Below, one piece after another: positions 60,775 through 64,000 of a stretch of 64,000 nt of DNA. Made by a program: the position numbers and the translations under genes. The notes under the pieces are model-generated. The model did not search any database. It had not been told where the DNA came from and saw nothing but the letters and a program-made list of their open reading frames with translations. Position 1 is the stretch's first letter. Each line of letters starts with the position of its first letter. This stretch comes from Nitrospirota bacterium (GTDB lineage: Bacteria > Nitrospirota > Thermodesulfovibrionia > Thermodesulfovibrionales > Dissulfurispiraceae): assembly GCA_963710375.1 (NCBI GenBank), contig CAVPZX010000003.1:256001-320000 (forward strand), in the 5' to 3' direction.

Positions 60775-61402
60775 GGGTTTTTCTGCAATTCAGACAGTAC
60801 GGGGTAATTTTTCTTTGCGAGCGATTAGCCCGCTAAGCCAGACCTGCTGTCTATACGGAATATCATCTATGTTCCAGTTATACATGTGGGCTCGGCGTTA
60901 CTCGCCCTTTGCAGATAACCCAGGCGCTCGACTGCAGAAAAACAACCCCGTACTGTCTGAATTGCAGAAAGGTTTTACCCTTCTGGAACTCCTGGTGGTG
61001 ATCTTTCTGGTTTCCCTGCTGATGGCTATTGTCTTTCCGTCCATGTATGGTGCGGAAGGGATAAGTTTGAAGTCTGATGCACAGAGGATAGCATCGGTGT
61101 TGAGGTATCTGAACGACAGCTCTATTACAACAAAAGATCCTTATTCTCTCACGTTCGATTTCGGGGGAAATACCATATCATGGAAAGGTCCTGATGTAGA
61201 GAAGACCGAACAGTTAAGGAGTCTGTCGTCGGTTGAGCTGCCTTCAAAGGGGAAGGTTGGTGAAGGCCAGGTGATCGTATCTTTCGGCCCGCTCGGGATA
61301 CAGGAAAACCTTGTGGTCCATCTGCGGCAGGCAGGGGAGACAATGATGGTAGTTTTCAATCAATTGAGCGGAAGGGCCGCAATAAAAACAGATGACCGGT
61401 GA
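60746..61402 (+). CDS. gspH: T2SS-2 minor pseudopilin H with a 65-codon MITE-derived insert in its leader
   Basis: ATG 60746 overlaps the gspG end (MRTSQITICEGF...); the frame stays open through the element to KG|FTLLELLVV. Confidence 0.8.
   Translation: MRTSQITICEGFSAIQTVRGNFSLRAISPLSQTCCLYGISSMFQLYMWARRYSPFADNPGARLQKNNPVLSELQKGFTLLELLVVIFLVSLLMAIVFPSMYGAEGISLKSDAQRIASVLRYLNDSSITTKDPYSLTFDFGGNTISWKGPDVEKTEQLRSLSSVELPSKGKVGEGQVIVSFGPLGIQENLVVHLRQAGETMMVVFNQLSGRAAIKTDDR
60780..60970. mobile_element. MITE-like element, family C, in frame within the gspH-2 leader
   Basis: 25-bp perfect TIR tttctgcaattcagacagtacgggg; GGTTTT direct repeat at 60776 and 60971 (195 nt apart). Confidence 0.88.
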
Positions 61403-61766
61403 CAGGACAGCTAACGGGTTTACTCTTCTAGAGGTCATGATTGCTCTGGCAATTATCGGAGGCGTACTCCTTACTCTTATCTACTCATTGAATTATCATC
61501 TCGGCATTGCGGGCAGGCACGAAGCGGTTACTATTGCAACGATGCTTGCGAAGGAAAAAATGGTTGATGCTGAATTGTCGCCCTTGAGCACAAGTGGAGA
61601 TTTTGAAGCGCCGTACGAGGCATTTCACTATAAGACTGATGTAACCGAGTCAGAGTTTCCGGGGTTTTCGGAGCTTTCAGTCACAGTTACCGCAGACAAA
61701 GAGAGCGTCACATTTTCAGAATTGATACACAATAACGTCAATGCATCACTTAATAATGCGACATAG
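61392..61766 (+). CDS. gspI: T2SS-2 minor pseudopilin I
   Basis: G|FTLLEVMIALAI. Confidence 0.88.
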   Translation: MTGDRTANGFTLLEVMIALAIIGGVLLTLIYSLNYHLGIAGRHEAVTIATMLAKEKMVDAELSPLSTSGDFEAPYEAFHYKTDVTESEFPGFSELSVTVTADKESVTFSELIHNNVNASLNNAT

Positions 61767-62391
61767 AAACAATCCTGTACTGTCTGAATTGCGGACTCAT
61801 AAGTCCTGTCACGGGTTTACGCTCATAGAGATGCTGCTCGCCATTGCGCTTTTATCCATCGTGCTGGTCGCTCTCTACGGCACTTTTTTCGTATCACAAA
61901 AGGCGATAGAGGGCGCTGACGATACCCTTGTGAGACTTCAGGAAGGCAGGACTGCTCTGGATATTTTACGCCGGGAACTTGCTTCCGCGGTTTTTAGCGG
62001 GAGTAACAACCTGACGCTTTTTACTATGAAGGAAACTGATATATATGATAAAAAGGTTTCGACGCTTTCATTTACCGCATTCTCTCCGTATATACCGGGA
62101 CTCGCGAATATACAATATTATGTGGAAGAAAGGAAGGGAAGGCTGGTCCTCCTGAAAAAAATAAATCCTTACTGGAACATTGACACAAATATGAAGGGCA
62201 CCGAAATTATCGATGATGTCGAAAGATTTACTGTTGAGAGCCTCTATAACGGACAATGGGTAAGCATCTGGGACACAGGAGAGACCGTTAAATTGCCTGA
62301 TGAACTCAGAGTTACGATTACGGTCCGTATTAGAGACAAGCTCATACCCCTTTTTGAGATCATCCGACCCAGGATAGGGAAGGCGATATGA
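61741..62391 (+). CDS. gspJ: T2SS-2 minor pseudopilin J (leader contains a family-C remnant)
   Basis: G|FTLIEMLLAI; W...WD....LP...RVTI. Confidence 0.88.
   Translation: MHHLIMRHRNNPVLSELRTHKSCHGFTLIEMLLAIALLSIVLVALYGTFFVSQKAIEGADDTLVRLQEGRTALDILRRELASAVFSGSNNLTLFTMKETDIYDKKVSTLSFTAFSPYIPGLANIQYYVEERKGRLVLLKKINPYWNIDTNMKGTEIIDDVERFTVESLYNGQWVSIWDTGETVKLPDELRVTITVRIRDKLIPLFEIIRPRIGKAI
61767..61794 (+). repeat. Remnant right end of a family-C element in the gspJ-2 leader
   Basis: aaacaatcctgtactgtctgaattgcgg vs aaacaaccccgtactgtctgaattgcag (60940-60967); both read NNPVLSEL. Confidence 0.75.
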
Positions 62392-63323
62392 GGGCGATGC
62401 ATAGAACTGCACGTAGTCCATTGAGGAGCCGCGCCAATAACTCAGACGGTATGGCCCTTATCATAACGCTGTTTGTCATTGCAATTATAACCACGCTTGT
62501 AGTCGAATTTGCCTACGGCGTTTATGTAAGCACCAATGCATTATATAACTGGCAGTCCTCGCAAAGGCTTTCTTATGTGGCCAAGTCAGCTGTCAGATTT
62601 GCCTCGTGGATCATCTCTGAAAACAGCAGCCAGGTTGCCTATACCTATCCCGGAACTATAGATATTGTCCGCAAGAAGCCTGTGCCAAGTTTTAGCGGGG
62701 ACCTGACGATAAGAATCGAGAATGAAAACATCAAGTTCAATCTGAACACACTCGTTTTTGCCAACGGGTCAGTGAACCGGCCGGCATATAATTCGCTTGT
62801 CAGGATGCTTAATGCCCTGAACCTTGATCCAGCTATCGCCGACCGGATAATCGATTGGACAGGTCCGGGTTCCGGACAGGTTATTTCCGATATTTCCAGC
62901 ACCAGAGCCAAATTGAAACATGCCCCTTTCGACAGTGTTGACGAGCTTCTCTCGGTTCCGGGGATAAGCAGGGCCGTTTATGACAGGCTTGTTCCCTATG
63001 TTACAATATACGGCAGCGGTGTTATCAATATTAACGGCGCCGAGGTTCCGGTGCTCATGTCTCTTTCAGACTCTGTTGACAGGGATATGGCTGAAAGGCT
63101 TGTGCAATACAGGGGAAACATTCCTTTTCAAGACGTTTCCGACATCGTGAAGGTGGCGGGTTTTGAAACGATAGGGGCCTCACTGATGGGAAGCATAACT
63201 GTGAAGGGAGACGTTTTTCGTGTTGTGGCAACGGCGACTGATGGAGGCATCAGGAAGATCGTCGAAAGCGTGCTTCAGGTGTCCGGCAGCAGTCCTGCCG
63301 TCATCTACTGGAAGGAAATTTAA
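62388..63323 (+). CDS. gspK: T2SS-2 minor pseudopilin K
   Basis: G|MALIITL, KFNLN, IADRIIDW, DELL.VPG, ININ.A. Confidence 0.9.
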   Translation: MRAMHRTARSPLRSRANNSDGMALIITLFVIAIITTLVVEFAYGVYVSTNALYNWQSSQRLSYVAKSAVRFASWIISENSSQVAYTYPGTIDIVRKKPVPSFSGDLTIRIENENIKFNLNTLVFANGSVNRPAYNSLVRMLNALNLDPAIADRIIDWTGPGSGQVISDISSTRAKLKHAPFDSVDELLSVPGISRAVYDRLVPYVTIYGSGVININGAEVPVLMSLSDSVDRDMAERLVQYRGNIPFQDVSDIVKVAGFETIGASLMGSITVKGDVFRVVATATDGGIRKIVESVLQVSGSSPAVIYWKEI

Positions 63324-63329
63324 TTTTAT

Positions 63330-64000
63330 ATGGGCATAACACTCTTTTTTGATTTAAAGGACGAACCCCTGCTGTATACGTTCGAAAAGAGCAAGGGAAC
63401 TTATATAAAAAAAGATGTGCTTCGCATATCGTTAAGCCCTGAGTATGAACCCGGGCTTGAGAGGATACCTCATGACATAGAGACATCATATGTGAGCGTG
63501 CCCCTGAACATGCTGAGCTTCCGTACCATTGAACTTCCTTTTTCGGACATGAAAAGGGTAAGGGAGGTGCTTCCTTTTGAACTCGATAATCTCATTCTCG
63601 GTGGCTCAGGGGTTATTGTTTTTGACGCGCGCATCCTGAAGGAGCGCGAGGGCACATATAAATTTCTGGCCGTCTGCATGATGAAGGATTCTCTCAGCAA
63701 ACTGCTGGATGGTTTCAGGCGGAAGGGCATCGATATAAAAACGGTCACATCTATAGATCTGGTTTCTGCGTTTGATGCTTTTTCATCTGAGGACGAGATT
63801 GCGGACCTGCTGATGCACCAGTCTCCAGGGTCTTTGAGTGCTGAAGACCGCATAGCCGTAGCTGCCCATGAAATGGCTGCCCCGGCAATTGACCTAAGGA
63901 GGGGAGAGTTTACCTACAAGGGCGATACCGAAAAGGCGAGGAAATCTTTAAAATACACTCTGGTGTTCGGCGTGCTGCTGATACTGCTCCTTGTTTCGGA
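63330..64000 (+). CDS. gspL: T2SS-2 GspL (truncated by window end)
   Basis: Frame from ATG 63330 reads ...LSFRTIELPFSDMKRVREVLPFELD...IDLRRGEF then a TM start; not in the ORF track because it has no stop. Confidence 0.8.
   Translation, partial: MGITLFFDLKDEPLLYTFEKSKGTYIKKDVLRISLSPEYEPGLERIPHDIETSYVSVPLNMLSFRTIELPFSDMKRVREVLPFELDNLILGGSGVIVFDARILKEREGTYKFLAVCMMKDSLSKLLDGFRRKGIDIKTVTSIDLVSAFDAFSSEDEIADLLMHQSPGSLSAEDRIAVAAHEMAAPAIDLRRGEFTYKGDTEKARKSLKYTLVFGVLLILLLVS

Noticed and set aside
3..63853. Numerous 60-280 aa ORFs antisense to or overlapping recognised genes
   Set aside because: Shadow ORFs of well-supported genes with no recognisable motifs
1..64000. CRISPR array
   Set aside because: No regularly spaced 25-40 bp direct repeats with unique spacers and no cas genes; the repeats seen are TIR elements or short tandem repeats

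Overview
Bacterial chromosome window of roughly 48-50% GC by eye; gene content is suggestive of a Nitrospirota/Thermodesulfovibrionia-like organism, which is inference. Left half: housekeeping genes (topA, smg-like, dprA, argG, panC, glgC, nfeD, rodZ, rnr, hemW, degQ, tilS, tRNA-Ser(GCT), ychF, prmA, mlaEFDC), a candidate ceramide-synthesis operon (reductase-spt-bCerS-like), a small AT-rich accessory/defence patch (Shedu/DUF4263-like and PD-(D/E)XK nucleases) and two toxin-antitoxin-type pairs. Right half: secreted-protein genes followed by two adjacent, distinct type II secretion (Gsp) clusters. Most notable: several families of ~170-190 bp palindromic MITE-like elements. Two are inserted IN FRAME into the cleavable prepilin leaders of minor pseudopilins (gspI-1, gspH-2) and a remnant sits in a third leader (gspJ-2), suggesting that leader peptides act as a neutral, self-removing safe haven. 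Five genes carry single-base frameshifts. Three are the same AGCT->AGACT insertion and two are C-run deletions at CCTGG, which points to motif-linked sequencing errors (possibly DNA methylation) rather than true pseudogenes.
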